From contig CAWGOX010000010.1 of assembly GCA_963824315.1 (NCBI GenBank), positions 50,308 through 114,307 of the forward strand: a stretch of 64,000 bases of DNA. Direction: 5' to 3'. The notes under the pieces are model-generated. The model worked only from the letters and a program-made list of their open reading frames with translations. It was not told the origin of the DNA and did no database searches. The stretch is from an uncultured Acidobacteriaceae bacterium. Its GTDB lineage: Bacteria > Acidobacteriota > Terriglobia > Terriglobales > Acidobacteriaceae. Of the stretch, positions 1-11,145 are shown piece after piece. Numbering within the stretch: the first letter of the stretch is position 1; every line of letters begins with the position of its first letter. The translations under genes and the position numbers were made by a program.

Positions 1-119
1 AGGTCCGGTGAAGTCGCGGCCTTGGCCATTTTCGGCAACGCCTTTACGAGTTGGGTTTCCGCGCTGTAAAGATCTTTGAGTTCATCGATATAAAGTTCTT
101 TCAATCCTTGATTAGCCAT
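1..119 (-). CDS. ferritin-like DUF892 (YciE/YciF family) protein; N-terminal fragment, the rest lies beyond the window edge
   Basis: The reverse complement reads ATG MANQGLKELYIDELKDLYSAETQLVKALPKMAKAATSPD, which matches the N-terminal signature of YciE/YciF-type stress proteins. A GGGAGAAAG ribosome-binding site lies just upstream on the minus strand (about 123-131). It is absent from the ORF track because it is truncated. Confidence 0.6.
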   Translation of the reverse strand, partial: MANQGLKELYIDELKDLYSAETQLVKALPKMAKAATSPD

Positions 120-486
120 GACTTTCTCCCTTTGAGGTCTGAATTTTTCCAAAATTTCGTGAGACAGATTGGTTTCGACTTTCTGATTGACTTTACCGTT
201 CCGATGGGGCGACGGAAATACGTCGCTTTCCCTATTTGTCCGACGAAATCGCGGTAGAAGAGATCGGGGTTCGTGCCGCGTTTGTCACGCGGGTGGGAGA
301 GAGTTCATCCGCGGAAGAGGTGAAAAAACTAATTTCATATCGAGGCGTACCATTACGGCGATTCCTCTCCTTAAACTTCATCGCATCCAACGATTGTGCG
401 AAAGGCAACAGAGCACTCATTTTGCGCATCTGTAATCCAACTCTGTCGAGGCCGAGAGCAACGCAATCGGAGGGAGGGCTGTAAGT

Positions 487-705
487 ATGTCTAAATTGAC
501 CAAGCCGGTTCGGGATCGTATATCCGCAAGCAAATTTGCCTTCCCTAAACAGCGGAAGGAGCCTCTGGAGAGCGCTACGCACGTGCGTAGTGCGATCGCG
601 CGCTTCGATCAGGTTAAGGGCGTCACGGAAGCGGAGCGCAAACAAGCTTGGAGAAGGATTCGGGCCGCCGCAAAGCAACACGGTGTGACTATCAGCGAAT
701 CGTGA
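487..705 (+). CDS. small basic conserved hypothetical protein (72 aa), possibly DUF6582 family
   Basis: ATG start preceded by GGAGGGAGGG. The sequence FAFPKQRKEPLESATHVRSAIARFDQVKGVTEAERKQAWRRI matches my recollection of a widespread small bacterial family. The family name is from memory only. Confidence 0.55.
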   Translation: MSKLTKPVRDRISASKFAFPKQRKEPLESATHVRSAIARFDQVKGVTEAERKQAWRRIRAAAKQHGVTISES

Positions 706-951
706 GTGAGCAAAACACCGGGGTGGTTATTTCCAGTCCGAAGTGAATGCATAACCGTCGCTGGCGAATCACTAAAACCGCCTATCGTTTTTCGCATCGA
801 AAAGGTCAACAGGTCTATTTCATATTCGGTTCTGCGGAATGCGCCCGACAGTCGAGTCTGCTAGAACACCCATTCGAGTAGGATGGGTGAAATCTTGAAT
901 CGAGAAATCTAGGATAGCGGTTCCGTATCTCTTGGCGATGATCTCTCAGCG

Positions 952-2949
952 ATGACCACAACTCCGTCAGATTCGTACCGGCAGTCCTCGAACCATAGCG
1001 CCAAGAACGACAGCGCAAAGCTTAGCGGCGCGGGGATCTCTGGAACTGAAATCTCGAATTTTGTTGGGGCCAAGCCCACTCCACAAGGAACATATTTTCG
1101 CCTGTGGGCTCCGCGCGTGAATAGCGTCTCGGTGGTTGTCGAGGGGCGTGACGTTCGCTTTCCCTTAGAGAAGGGAAGCGGAGGTTATTTCTCAGGCATG
1201 GTGTCTGAGATTCACGCCGGGGACTTGTACAAGTTTAGTTTGGATGACGGTGAGCCATTTCCAGATCCCGCATCTCGGTTTCAGCCTCGAGGCCCTCACG
1301 GTCCTTCTTTGGTGGTAGATCCGAACGGTCGTCGTTGGTCTGCATCCGAAGCGACGTGGCCTGGAATTACTATCGATGGCCAGGTTCTGTATGAGCTTCA
1401 CGTGGGCACGTTTACGCCAGAAGGTACATTCTTAGGCGCTATCAGCCAATTTCCCCGATTGCGCGATCTCGGTATAACCGCGATCGAGTGCATGCCTCTG
1501 GCGGAGTTTGCGGGGGGCGCTGGCTGGGGTTATGACGGAGTTAGTTTGTTCTCGCCGTTCCATGGCTACGGAACTCCCGACGATCTGCGAGCCATGGTAG
1601 AGGCGGCGCACAATTGCGGTCTGGGAATAATCCTGGATGTCGTTTACAACCATCTCGGTCCCGAAGGGAATTACCTGGCGAAATATGCGGCTGATTATTT
1701 TTCCCGGAAGAACACTGAGTGGGGGGATGGCATCAATTTTGACGGCGAGAACAGTCGTCCGGTGCGAGAGTTTTTTATCTCGAACGCGGCTCACTGGATC
1801 CGTGAATATCATTTCGATGGATTGCGGCTGGACGCAACACAATCGATCCATGACGACGAGTCGCACGGCGCCCACATTTTGGCCGAAGTTGGCGCGGCGG
1901 TTCGCCACGCTGCAGGCCAGCGTGACACGATTGTGGTCGCCGAAAATGAGCCGCAGGATAGTCGACTAATCGCTTCGACTGAGCTAGGCGGATACGGACT
2001 TGATGCGGTGTGGAACGACGATTTTCATCATAGTGCGGTTGTCGCCCTTACCGGTCGGCGAGAGGCGTATTTCAGTGATCATCTGGGTCGGCCGCAGGAG
2101 TTTATCTCGGCTGCAAAGTATGGATACCTATTTCAGGGTCAATATTACGGCTGGCAAAATCAGCCGCGAGGCTCGGCTTCTCTGGGCTTATCGCCGAGAG
2201 CGTTTATTACATTCTTGGAAAATCATGATCAGGTCGCAAATTTCGGACGTTCTCTGCATTTGCGCCTGATTTCCAGTCCGGCACGTTATCGTGCCATGAC
2301 CGCGCTTTGGCTGTTGAGTCCAGGCACGCCGATGTTTTTTCAAGGTCAGGAATATGGTTCCGAGAAACCTTTCTTTTATTTCGCTGGCCATACTGGAGAA
2401 CTTGCCAAGGCGGTGAACGAAGGCCGCGGAAAATTCATGCTGCAGTTCGCAAACCAGGATACGCCGGAGATGAAAGCCTTCTTTCAGAATCCGGAGGATC
2501 CTGCGACTTTCACAGCTTCTGTTCTGGATCCGACGGAGCAAGCCCGACATCCCGAGATTGTTCTGCTTCATAAGGATCTTTTGAGTTTGCGGAGAAACGA
2601 ATCTGTGTTTAGTGCGCGATCGTCGGCATCTGTAGACGGAGCGCTCTTGGGGGAAGACTGCTTTGTGCTTCGATACCTGACTCCTAAGCACGAAGATCGA
2701 CTGTTAGCTGTCAATCTCGGGACTGGTATTGACCTTCCACATCTTCCTGAGCCTCTGGTGGCGCCGCCTGCAGGTTGCCAATGGGAAGTGAAATGGTCCA
2801 GTGAATCGCCAGAATATGGTGGCAGCGGAGCGTCCGCACCGGGACGTTTTGGCGCGTGGCACGTTCCCGGCGAATGTACCCAGTTTCTCGTTCCAGTGCG
2901 AGCTGAGCGACCCTTCGCCCCTGACCCACCGAAGAGCGGGATCAGTTGA
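952..2949 (+). CDS. treZ: malto-oligosyltrehalose trehalohydrolase (GH13)
   Basis: GTYFRLWAP N-domain, YELHVGTFTPEGTF, GH13 regions DVVYNH, GLRLDA, VAENE and WNDDFHH, and the typical TreZ C-terminus. Confidence 0.9.
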   Translation: MTTTPSDSYRQSSNHSAKNDSAKLSGAGISGTEISNFVGAKPTPQGTYFRLWAPRVNSVSVVVEGRDVRFPLEKGSGGYFSGMVSEIHAGDLYKFSLDDGEPFPDPASRFQPRGPHGPSLVVDPNGRRWSASEATWPGITIDGQVLYELHVGTFTPEGTFLGAISQFPRLRDLGITAIECMPLAEFAGGAGWGYDGVSLFSPFHGYGTPDDLRAMVEAAHNCGLGIILDVVYNHLGPEGNYLAKYAADYFSRKNTEWGDGINFDGENSRPVREFFISNAAHWIREYHFDGLRLDATQSIHDDESHGAHILAEVGAAVRHAAGQRDTIVVAENEPQDSRLIASTELGGYGLDAVWNDDFHHSAVVALTGRREAYFSDHLGRPQEFISAAKYGYLFQGQYYGWQNQPRGSASLGLSPRAFITFLENHDQVANFGRSLHLRLISSPARYRAMTALWLLSPGTPMFFQGQEYGSEKPFFYFAGHTGELAKAVNEGRGKFMLQFANQDTPEMKAFFQNPEDPATFTASVLDPTEQARHPEIVLLHKDLLSLRRNESVFSARSSASVDGALLGEDCFVLRYLTPKHEDRLLAVNLGTGIDLPHLPEPLVAPPAGCQWEVKWSSESPEYGGSGASAPGRFGAWHVPGECTQFLVPVRAERPFAPDPPKSGIS

Positions 2950-3039
2950 TCTGGTCGCAGCATTCCGCATGCTAGTCCCTACATTTTCGATTCGGTTGGG
3001 AGACTGCCGAGTCGGAATTCAAATTGCTCTAGGAGAGAC

Positions 3040-5094
3040 ATGAAGGGTTTTCGGGCTCCAGAACTGGTAAGAACTACCACGGTGGAACACAACTCCTCCG
3101 ACCTGAATCGCGAATGGATTGTCACGAACGGATTGGGGGGCTACGCGTCGGGAACAATTGCTGGGTTGAACACGCGCCGTTTTCACGGATGGCTGATTTC
3201 CGCGCTGCCCGCTCCTCATGGGCGCATGATGATGCTGAATCAGGTTGAGGAAACAATTTGTATTGGGGATCGCAAATATAGACTCACGGCGGATGATCTC
3301 AGCCGCGCCACTAATACGGATACCGTGAGCCAGTTTCTTAAAGATTTCCGACTGGAAAATGGATTGCCCGTCTTTACTTATGCTGGCGACGAGTTCGTTT
3401 TGGAAAAGCGCGTATGCATGGTGCACACGCAAAACACGACTTACATCACGTATCGCCTGATCCAAGGAAAAGATGCGGTGTTGGACCTCCGGCCAGCCGT
3501 CGATATACGACCTCATGAAGGTTTACTCGAGGGTCCTAAGCATGAGCAATATCGCTTTTCGGCAGTGGCTCATGGTTATGAATTGGTGGTATCGAGTGAT
3601 CTGCCGCCGCTTCGTCTCGCTTTCTTGGGAGAGGGGTCTTCGTTTCAGTCGGCACTGGAGCAAGTGAGCGATCTCCGTTATCGCATCGAACAGAGTCGCG
3701 GCTACGACTGGAAGGGCAATCTGTGGAGCCCTGGTTGTTTTTCCGTCAGACTCGAGGAAGGTCACGGGGCTTCGCTTGTTGCCAGCACCGAGCCCTGGGA
3801 TCATGTCGCCGCCCTTTCTCCTGAAGACGCGTTTGCGGGAGAGAGCGAGCGCCGTCGCCGGCTATTACGAACTGCTCCTGAGGAAGCGAGATCTGGAATC
3901 GCGGCCGAACTTGTTCTTGCCGCCGATCAGTTTCTGATTACTCCGGTCGGACGCACTCGAGACACCGTACAAGCCCACAGCATCGGCGACGAAGTGCGCA
4001 CAGTGATTGCCGGCTATCACTGGTTCGCGGAGTGGGGCCGTGACACCATGATCACGCTGGAAGGACTGACGCTATCGACCGGGCGATTTTTGGATGCGCA
4101 GTATATCCTCCGCAGTTTTGCCAAATACATTCGTAACGGGCTTATCCCGAATATGTTTCCGGAAGGCAAGATCTCTGGCCTCTATCACACAGCAGATGCG
4201 AGCCTTTGGTTCTTTCATGCCGCGGACCGTTACATCCAAGCGACGCAGGACATTGAGACGCGCGAAGTGCTGCTGCCTAAACTCCTCGACATTATCGAAC
4301 ATCATCAGAGGGGGACGGATTTCGGCATTGGTGTAGATCCGTCGGATGGTTTGCTGCGACAAGGGGCTGATGGATACCAACTCACATGGATGGACGCAAA
4401 GGTTGACGATTGGGTTGTTACTCCTCGACGTGGCAAGGCCGTCGAGATAAATGCGCTCTGGTACAACGCGCTCTGTGTTGCGTCCAGTTGGCTCGAAGCT
4501 GAAGGCGATTTGGAGCGGGCGCGGCAGTTGTCAAACACCGCTGGGAAAGTTTTCGACAGCTTTAATGCGAAGTTCTGGTCTCCGAAGCTTGGGTATTGCT
4601 TCGACGTCGTCGATGTGGACAACGAGGGAGGCCGAACCGATGCTTCGCTTGGTCCAAATCAGGTGTTTAGTATTTCCTTGCCGCACGCCGTTCTCGCCGA
4701 AGATAAGTGGCAGACGGTGCTCGACATCGTACGCAAAGAACTGGTCACTCCGATGGGACTGCGATCTCTTGCGCCGACCGATCCCAACTTCAAGGCCCGT
4801 TACGATGGTGACCTGCGATCTCGTGACGCCGCTTATCACCAAGGGACGGTTTGGGCGTGGCTAATCGGCCCATTTTTCGACGCCTGGCTTCGAGCCAATC
4901 CAGGTGATTGGAAGACAGCTAAAACATTTCTAGCTGGTTTTGACGCAGAGATGAGCGAAGCTGGGATCGGAACCATCAGCGAGATCTTCGATGCGGAACC
5001 GCCCTTTAGCCCTCGCGGCTGTATCGCTCAGGCTTGGAGCGTAGCCGAAGTTCTCCGCTGCGAGCTGAAGCTCCGGGTGGGCAGAAAAGGGTAG
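3040..5094 (+). CDS. glycogen debranching enzyme, GDE / amylo-alpha-1,6-glucosidase family (archaeal-type)
   Basis: N-terminal REWIVTNGLGGYASGTIAGLNTRRFHG. (alpha/alpha)6 region motifs GYHWFAEWGRDTMI, LTWMDAKV and AYHQGTVWAWLIGPF. AGGAGAGAC precedes the ATG. Confidence 0.85.
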   Translation: MKGFRAPELVRTTTVEHNSSDLNREWIVTNGLGGYASGTIAGLNTRRFHGWLISALPAPHGRMMMLNQVEETICIGDRKYRLTADDLSRATNTDTVSQFLKDFRLENGLPVFTYAGDEFVLEKRVCMVHTQNTTYITYRLIQGKDAVLDLRPAVDIRPHEGLLEGPKHEQYRFSAVAHGYELVVSSDLPPLRLAFLGEGSSFQSALEQVSDLRYRIEQSRGYDWKGNLWSPGCFSVRLEEGHGASLVASTEPWDHVAALSPEDAFAGESERRRRLLRTAPEEARSGIAAELVLAADQFLITPVGRTRDTVQAHSIGDEVRTVIAGYHWFAEWGRDTMITLEGLTLSTGRFLDAQYILRSFAKYIRNGLIPNMFPEGKISGLYHTADASLWFFHAADRYIQATQDIETREVLLPKLLDIIEHHQRGTDFGIGVDPSDGLLRQGADGYQLTWMDAKVDDWVVTPRRGKAVEINALWYNALCVASSWLEAEGDLERARQLSNTAGKVFDSFNAKFWSPKLGYCFDVVDVDNEGGRTDASLGPNQVFSISLPHAVLAEDKWQTVLDIVRKELVTPMGLRSLAPTDPNFKARYDGDLRSRDAAYHQGTVWAWLIGPFFDAWLRANPGDWKTAKTFLAGFDAEMSEAGIGTISEIFDAEPPFSPRGCIAQAWSVAEVLRCELKLRVGRKG

Positions 5095-5266
5095 TCGATA
5101 GCGTCGGCCGTCGGCGAGGAAGGGCAACGGTTGGAGCAGGCAACTGCTACCACTCTCCTTTCATCCAAAGCGTCGATTGTGTCGTTCTAAGAAACCAAGA
5201 CGATAGCTGTTCTAGATCACTGCTTTGGATCACTGTTTTTCAAGAGCATGCTATCAAGGAGGATTT

Positions 5267-5722
5267 GTGGCGAGATCAAGCGACGAAAAGAATTTGCGCA
5301 CTGGGGTTCCAGAATCGATTTATGGAAACTTGGATGAAGTGGACAGGACCACGGGTTCGAAGTCGGACTCAGGCGTGTCTAGAATTGATCGGGAAATCGT
5401 GCCCTCTCTGGAAAAAAAAGACCGGGCTGATGTGACGTTTACGAAATTGGAATCTAAGTCGTCTTTGGACTCTGGCTCTTCCATTGATGCGCCGTCTGTC
5501 GATGGGCTCGACGAAAGCCGAATTCGAGAACGGGCATACGATCTCTACGTTCAAAGCGGATACGTCGATGGTCATGCCGACGAACACTGGTACATCGCGC
5601 GGCGGGAGATTGAGCAACTGTATTCGGAAGCGAAACCCGGATCGAAGACGTCGACCGTTGAAGAACCCACTTTTCCTTCACTGGCGCAAGCCCAATCAAA
5701 GTCAGAAAGAAAGGTCGCTTAA
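5267..5722 (+). CDS. hypothetical protein with a DUF2934-like segment
   Basis: GTG start 4 nt after AAGGAGG (5256-5262). The internal segment RIRERAYDLYVQSGYVDGHADEHWYIARREI matches the DUF2934 signature. The track ORF begins at 5225, but no ribosome-binding site is present there. Confidence 0.55.
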   Translation: MARSSDEKNLRTGVPESIYGNLDEVDRTTGSKSDSGVSRIDREIVPSLEKKDRADVTFTKLESKSSLDSGSSIDAPSVDGLDESRIRERAYDLYVQSGYVDGHADEHWYIARREIEQLYSEAKPGSKTSTVEEPTFPSLAQAQSKSERKVA

Positions 5723-5784
5723 CGGTGGTTCAAAATTGAGAACGTGCATTCGCACCGGATAACTTTTCTGGCTGACTTCTCTAG

Positions 5785-8682
5785 TTAGCTCAGGGAACAT
5801 ACCGCGAACGGAAGTTGCGAAAAAGCTTGTGCTACCGGGAGCCGCGCATGATCGCGGCTCTCCCAAGTGTGTCCAGTCAGTTCGTTTGAGCAGCGATTGG
5901 AGGGTCCACAACCAGCCAGGACGACGCTCGTGTCGCCCCAAACCCCTTCTCCGAGGGGTGGGAGATCGCGTTCTTGCAGCAGCCCGGCCAGCAATCTGGG
6001 AACGACAAATACACAGGTGATATTGCCTAACTTCCTGGCAAACGCCACAACTCGATGCGCCTGTGAACCCTCCACCCGTAACGGAATGTACTGCCCCCGC
6101 TCGAAGAGCTCTATGTGGCGATGGCGAAACTGCAATACTTTCCAGATCAAGAACAACTTAACGCGGCCGTCTTCTGGATTGTCCATCAGCTCATCGAGAA
6201 ATTTAGCCTTCGATCCTGCTTCGCCTGCAATGACGTTGTCGAGCGATTTTTCAATCTGGCTATACTGAACTTGTCTTCGATTGTCGGGGTCGACCAAACT
6301 GAAATTCCAAGTTTCCGTCCCTTGATAAATGTCAGGCACTCCCGGCGATGTCAATTTCAGAAACGTTTGAGAGAGACCATTCCATAAGCCCACGCGAGCG
6401 ATTCGTCGCTGGAACGATATGAAGTCTTGCAAGAAGGCGTTGGTGTCGGAAGGTGTGAGGAGTGCCTCAACGAATGTTGAAACCGCGCCTTCATATTCCG
6501 CGTTGCGATTGATCCAACTGGTATTCTGCTTCGCTTCGCGGATCGCCTTCAGCATGTAGTTCTTGATCCGTTCGTGAAAAGCGATTTGATCCTGCTCGTC
6601 TTTGAGCCCGGCCGACGGGTATGCACCCATCAGGGTTTGATAAAGCAAGTACTCATCGTTCGAAGATGGACATCGAGTTCCATTTACCGAAGTCTTGGAG
6701 TCACGGTTGCCACGTTGCCAACCTCGAACGTGAAGTTTCCATAAAGCGGGAATTTCAGAGAGCACGTTGATGCGAGCCCGTACGTCCTCGGAGCGCTTCG
6801 AATCATGTGTGCTCGTGGAGAGCATCGTGTGAGGCCAACGTCGAAGACGCTCGATGTTCGCGGAATGAAATTCGTTGGTCGGTATTCCAAACCTGTTGAG
6901 ATCGGCACCCACGTCGTTTAACGAAATTAAACGGTTGTAGCGATAGAACGCCGTATCCTCAAGTCCCTTGGCCATAACCGGGCTCGTGAACTGCTGAAAT
7001 TTCATGGCGAAGGAAATGACAGCGCTTTTGTAGGCGTCATCTTGCCCATCCGCGATTCGAGTCAGTAGCACGTCGTTTACGAAATCGAAAACGCTGGTGT
7101 CAACGGCGGGACTTCTCCACTTCGCGGACGCGATCGCACTCCGAATGTAGCGTTCGTCGTCATCGGAGAGGCCGTTGCCCCCCACATATGTGCGGTATAC
7201 GGGAAAGCAGGCGACGACTTCGCTCAGCGCATCGCGAAGATTGTTCAGTGTGAAGTCGCAAGTGCGCCTCTTGGAGAGCGCAATCGAGGTCAGCCGATTT
7301 GCCAGGACGTTAAGTTCGCTTGCCAGCGCCACGCGCATCACGAGTTGACGGCAAAGATAGCCTTGGTCCGTATAGCTGGTATCGTCATCGATGAAAGTTC
7401 GATAAATGCGATTGAAGCGTCCGACCGATCTAGTTTCAACAAACAAGCCATTGACCTGATTTGCGAAATCGTAGCCAGTCGTGCCGGCTACGGGCCAACC
7501 GTCCGGTAATCGTTCGGCTCCGCTGAGTATTTTTTCGATCACCACATATTTTGCGTCTTTTTTCGTATGTTCCGCCGGTGCTTCTTCCTCTTTGGTTGCT
7601 TCGGCGATCCCGCGATCCAGGCGCTCAAAATATTCCGTCGGATCGTACAGACCGTCGGGATGATCCAGTCGCAGGCCGTCTACTTTTCCCTCAGACATAA
7701 GCTGAAAAATGAGGCGATGCGTTTCCTGAAAGACGGTTGGATTCTCCACCCTGATTCCAGCGAGATCGTTGGTGTCGAAGAAGCGACGGTAGTTGATATC
7801 GTCGGCCGCGACTTTCCAATTGGCCAGGCGAAACACCTGAGCTTTGATCAGTTCATGCAGATGTTCGAAGCTGGGTGGATCGCCGGGATGACCATTTATC
7901 TCCGTCACGGCGCTTGCGATGCGTCGCGCGATCTCGGGGGAGTGAGCGCAAAGGGTGGCGAGGCGGCGTTTGTGAATTTCCTTGTCACGGTTCCGCTCCG
8001 CGATTCGGGCTGGAGCGATTTCTTGCCTACCCGGTAAATTGCGAAATGCTGTAATAAGGCTTTGAAACTCTAGTGCGTCCGCATTGTCTGAGGTGCGGTC
8101 GGAGTCATGCGCGCTGCGCTCCAGAATTTCGGGATATATCTTCGGGTCGATTGGAAAGAGATGCTCCTTATAACCGATCGCGAACTCGCCGCTATTCGGA
8201 CGAAAACCCAGTTTCAAATCGCCGCTTTCCAGCACAGCACCGTAGTGATCATGGAGGATTGGAATTAGGATTTTGCCGCGCAGCTCATCTTTGAGAGGAT
8301 GCCAGTCAATGTCAAAGAATGAAGCGTGTATCGACGACTGGCCGTTCTCTAAAACGTCAAGCCACCAGATATTGTCGCTGCCCATCACTCCCATGTGGTT
8401 CGGGACAATATCCAGGAGCAACCCCATTTTGTGTTCGTGAAGAACGGCCACGAAGTGTTCGAATTCTTCGGGGCTTCCAATTTCAGGATTCAAGGAATTG
8501 TGATCGACGATGTCATAGCCGTGCATACTGCCAGGCCTTGCCTTCAAACAAGGCGAGATGTAGCAATGGCTGATTCCGAGCTTGGATAGATGGGGAATAA
8601 TCAGGGTCGCTTGGCGAAAGGTGAACTCGTGATTCAGTTGCAGGCGATATGTCGCCACCGGAATTCGCGAGCGAGGTTTCAT
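5785..8682 (-). CDS. treY: malto-oligosyltrehalose synthase (GH13)
   Basis: MKPRSRIPVATYRLQLNHEFTF is the classic TreY N-terminus. Also DIVPNHMG, GLRLDHPDGL and TSTHDSKRSEDVRARI. I prefer the start at internal Met 8682 over the track start at 8727. Confidence 0.9.
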   Translation of the reverse strand: MKPRSRIPVATYRLQLNHEFTFRQATLIIPHLSKLGISHCYISPCLKARPGSMHGYDIVDHNSLNPEIGSPEEFEHFVAVLHEHKMGLLLDIVPNHMGVMGSDNIWWLDVLENGQSSIHASFFDIDWHPLKDELRGKILIPILHDHYGAVLESGDLKLGFRPNSGEFAIGYKEHLFPIDPKIYPEILERSAHDSDRTSDNADALEFQSLITAFRNLPGRQEIAPARIAERNRDKEIHKRRLATLCAHSPEIARRIASAVTEINGHPGDPPSFEHLHELIKAQVFRLANWKVAADDINYRRFFDTNDLAGIRVENPTVFQETHRLIFQLMSEGKVDGLRLDHPDGLYDPTEYFERLDRGIAEATKEEEAPAEHTKKDAKYVVIEKILSGAERLPDGWPVAGTTGYDFANQVNGLFVETRSVGRFNRIYRTFIDDDTSYTDQGYLCRQLVMRVALASELNVLANRLTSIALSKRRTCDFTLNNLRDALSEVVACFPVYRTYVGGNGLSDDDERYIRSAIASAKWRSPAVDTSVFDFVNDVLLTRIADGQDDAYKSAVISFAMKFQQFTSPVMAKGLEDTAFYRYNRLISLNDVGADLNRFGIPTNEFHSANIERLRRWPHTMLSTSTHDSKRSEDVRARINVLSEIPALWKLHVRGWQRGNRDSKTSVNGTRCPSSNDEYLLYQTLMGAYPSAGLKDEQDQIAFHERIKNYMLKAIREAKQNTSWINRNAEYEGAVSTFVEALLTPSDTNAFLQDFISFQRRIARVGLWNGLSQTFLKLTSPGVPDIYQGTETWNFSLVDPDNRRQVQYSQIEKSLDNVIAGEAGSKAKFLDELMDNPEDGRVKLFLIWKVLQFRHRHIELFERGQYIPLRVEGSQAHRVVAFARKLGNITCVFVVPRLLAGLLQERDLPPLGEGVWGDTSVVLAGCGPSNRCSNELTGHTWESRDHARLPVAQAFSQLPFAVCSLS

Positions 8683-8790
8683 GTCAGTGGGAACGATACC
8701 ATTGCAGAGAAAGATGGGAGTCAACAACAGGATAGCGTTTAAACAGTGGGCAATCGCTAAAAGCGGGGAGCATCGCGATGTCTCACTTCA

Positions 8791-10959
8791 TTATGGCTTC
8801 TTGCTGTTGCCGTTCAACCGCCGCTCGATCTGCACAATTTCCATCAGCACAATCATCGATCGTGCTTGTAATGGATAAGCTGTTCCAGGGTCCAGGGTTT
8901 CTCCTGTCTTGAGGCCGTTGTCGCGAGAAGTGTCCATCCACGCCAGCCAACGCCCATGGTTGTCGGATGATGGCAACGTAAACTCAGCGTCGGCGTCGTT
9001 AGCGTTCAGAAGCAGGAGAAAAGTGTCGTCAGTCATTCGTTGCCCGCGTTCGTTCGTCTCATCGAGGCCATCGCCCGAAAGCAGCATGCCGAGACATCGA
9101 ACGGAACTGTCGCGCCACTGATCCTCGGTCATCTCCGTTCCACTTGGATTCAACCAAAGCACATCTTTCACGTCGGCACCCTTGATGGGACGGCCTTGAA
9201 AGAATCGGCGACGATGGAAAATAGGATGCGCTTTCCGCAAACCGATCATGCGGCGAACGAATTGCAGCAAGTCGCGGTCCTCGGGGCACATTTCCCAATT
9301 CAACCAACTTGTAGGATTATCCTGGCAGTAAGCGTTGTTGTTTCCGTTCTGAGTTTGACCGATGCTATCGCCGGCGGAAATCATCGGAACGCCCTGCGAC
9401 AACAATAGCGTCGCCAAGAAATTGCGCTTTTGTTTTGCCCGTAGCGCCAAAATGTTCGCGTCATCGGTGGGGCCTTCCACACCGCAATTCCAACTTAAGT
9501 TGTTGTTTGTGCCATCGCGATTATTTTCACCATTCGCTTCGTTGTGTTTCTCGTCGTAGCTAACGAGATCTTGAAGAGTGAAACCATCGTGGGCGGTAAC
9601 AAAATTCACGCTGGCATAGGGGCGGCGTCCGCTGTGCGCGTAGAGATCACTGGATCCCGTAATTCGGTAAGCTAAATCGCTGACCCTCCCTTGGTCGCCT
9701 TTCCAGTAAGCGCGCACCGTATCGCGGTAACGGTCGTTCCATTCCGCCCATCCGACAGGGAAATTGCCGACTTGATATCCGCCCTCGCCGAGGTCCCAAG
9801 GTTCGGCGATGAGCTTGACTTGAGAGAGCACGGGATCCTGGTGGATGATGTCCAGAAAGGCGCCGAGCCGGTCCACTTCATGCAGTTCGCGAGCTAATGT
9901 CGCGGCGAGATCAAACCGGAATCCATCGACGTGCATTTCCAGCACCCAATAGCGCAAGCTGTCCATAATCAATTGCAAGACCCGTGGATGCCGCATGTTC
10001 AGGGTGTTGCCCGTGCCTGTGTAGTCCATGTAATGGCGAGGACTGGTCGGAATGAGACGATAGAAAGTACAGTTGTCGATGCCTTTCAAGGAAAGAGTTG
10101 GACCGAGGTGATTGCCTTCCGCCGTGTGGTTGTACACAACGTCAAGGATCACTTCGATATCCGCGGAGTGCAGGGTCTTCACCATCGTCTTAAATTCGTG
10201 AATCGAGTTGCTGGCCAGGTATCGGTTTTCCAGGGCGAGGAATCCGATGGAGTTGTAACCCCAATAATTTCGCAGGCCGCGATCCGTGAGCTGGCGGTCG
10301 TCCACGAAACTATGCACAGGCATGAGTTCGATCGATGTCACTCCAAGCCGCGTGAGGTAATCCACTACGGGCGCGGTAGCGAGCCCAGCGTACGTTCCGC
10401 GAAGGCGCTCGGGCACACCCGGATGGTTCATCGTGAAACCCTTGACGTGTAATTCGTAAATCAGAGTTTCGTGCCATGGAATCGCGGGCGGTTTGTCAGC
10501 GCCCCAAGTGAACGCAGAATCGATTACCTGATTCTTAGGCATGCCTCCAGCGTTATCCCGGGTGTCGAAAGAAAGATCCTCTTCTTTTGAACCCACCACA
10601 TATCCAAAATGTGAATCGCTCCACTCGATCGCACCCTGGACCTGTTTGCCGTAGGGATCGAGCAGCAATTTGTGTGGATTAAATCGGTGGCCTTTTTCCG
10701 GTGCATAAGGCCCGTGAACGCGATAGCCGTACAGTTGTCCTGGGCGGACCTGCGGCAGATAGCCGTGCCAAACCATGTCAGTCTGTTCGGGGAGTTGAAC
10801 GCGAAGGGTTTCGCTTTTCCCAGAGTCGTCGAATAAACACAACTCGACTTTTTCGGCGTGTTCAGAATAAAGCGCGAAATTAACGCCCTCTCCGTCCCAC
10901 GTGGCACCCAAGGGATACGGGCGACCCGGCCATACGATCGGATGGTTCTGGTCTGACAT
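8791..10959 (-). CDS. glgX: glycogen debranching enzyme GlgX/TreX (isoamylase-type GH13)
   Basis: [48 protein letters not shown] and [11 protein letters not shown]. The start is placed at Met46 (10959). The track start at 11094 would add an atypical 45-aa extension. The start remains uncertain. Confidence 0.9.
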   Translation of the reverse strand: MSDQNHPIVWPGRPYPLGATWDGEGVNFALYSEHAEKVELCLFDDSGKSETLRVQLPEQTDMVWHGYLPQVRPGQLYGYRVHGPYAPEKGHRFNPHKLLLDPYGKQVQGAIEWSDSHFGYVVGSKEEDLSFDTRDNAGGMPKNQVIDSAFTWGADKPPAIPWHETLIYELHVKGFTMNHPGVPERLRGTYAGLATAPVVDYLTRLGVTSIELMPVHSFVDDRQLTDRGLRNYWGYNSIGFLALENRYLASNSIHEFKTMVKTLHSADIEVILDVVYNHTAEGNHLGPTLSLKGIDNCTFYRLIPTSPRHYMDYTGTGNTLNMRHPRVLQLIMDSLRYWVLEMHVDGFRFDLAATLARELHEVDRLGAFLDIIHQDPVLSQVKLIAEPWDLGEGGYQVGNFPVGWAEWNDRYRDTVRAYWKGDQGRVSDLAYRITGSSDLYAHSGRRPYASVNFVTAHDGFTLQDLVSYDEKHNEANGENNRDGTNNNLSWNCGVEGPTDDANILALRAKQKRNFLATLLLSQGVPMISAGDSIGQTQNGNNNAYCQDNPTSWLNWEMCPEDRDLLQFVRRMIGLRKAHPIFHRRRFFQGRPIKGADVKDVLWLNPSGTEMTEDQWRDSSVRCLGMLLSGDGLDETNERGQRMTDDTFLLLLNANDADAEFTLPSSDNHGRWLAWMDTSRDNGLKTGETLDPGTAYPLQARSMIVLMEIVQIERRLNGNSKKP

Positions 10960-11145
10960 GGAGTCTTGAAAGTTTTGCAGCTCTCTAGCGGACGGCCTCG
11001 ATTGTTGAAACCCGGTTCCGATCTCGTCTATTTTGACACTCTCGCCTAACAAATATATAGCTCGGGACGAAGCGAATCGTGTCAGGCGCTTCATCCCGAG
11101 CTTGGGTGCAGTTAGTTCGTTAGCTCAAAGAGATCAATCAGGTGG

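Noticed and set aside
232-681. ORFs in the 120-486 gap (232-681 minus, 236-484 plus, 187-435 plus)
   Set aside because: They are mutually overlapping, have no ribosome-binding site or recognisable motif, and the minus-strand one overlaps the well-supported 487-705 gene. I treat 120-486 as intergenic or unknown. A small gene cannot be excluded.
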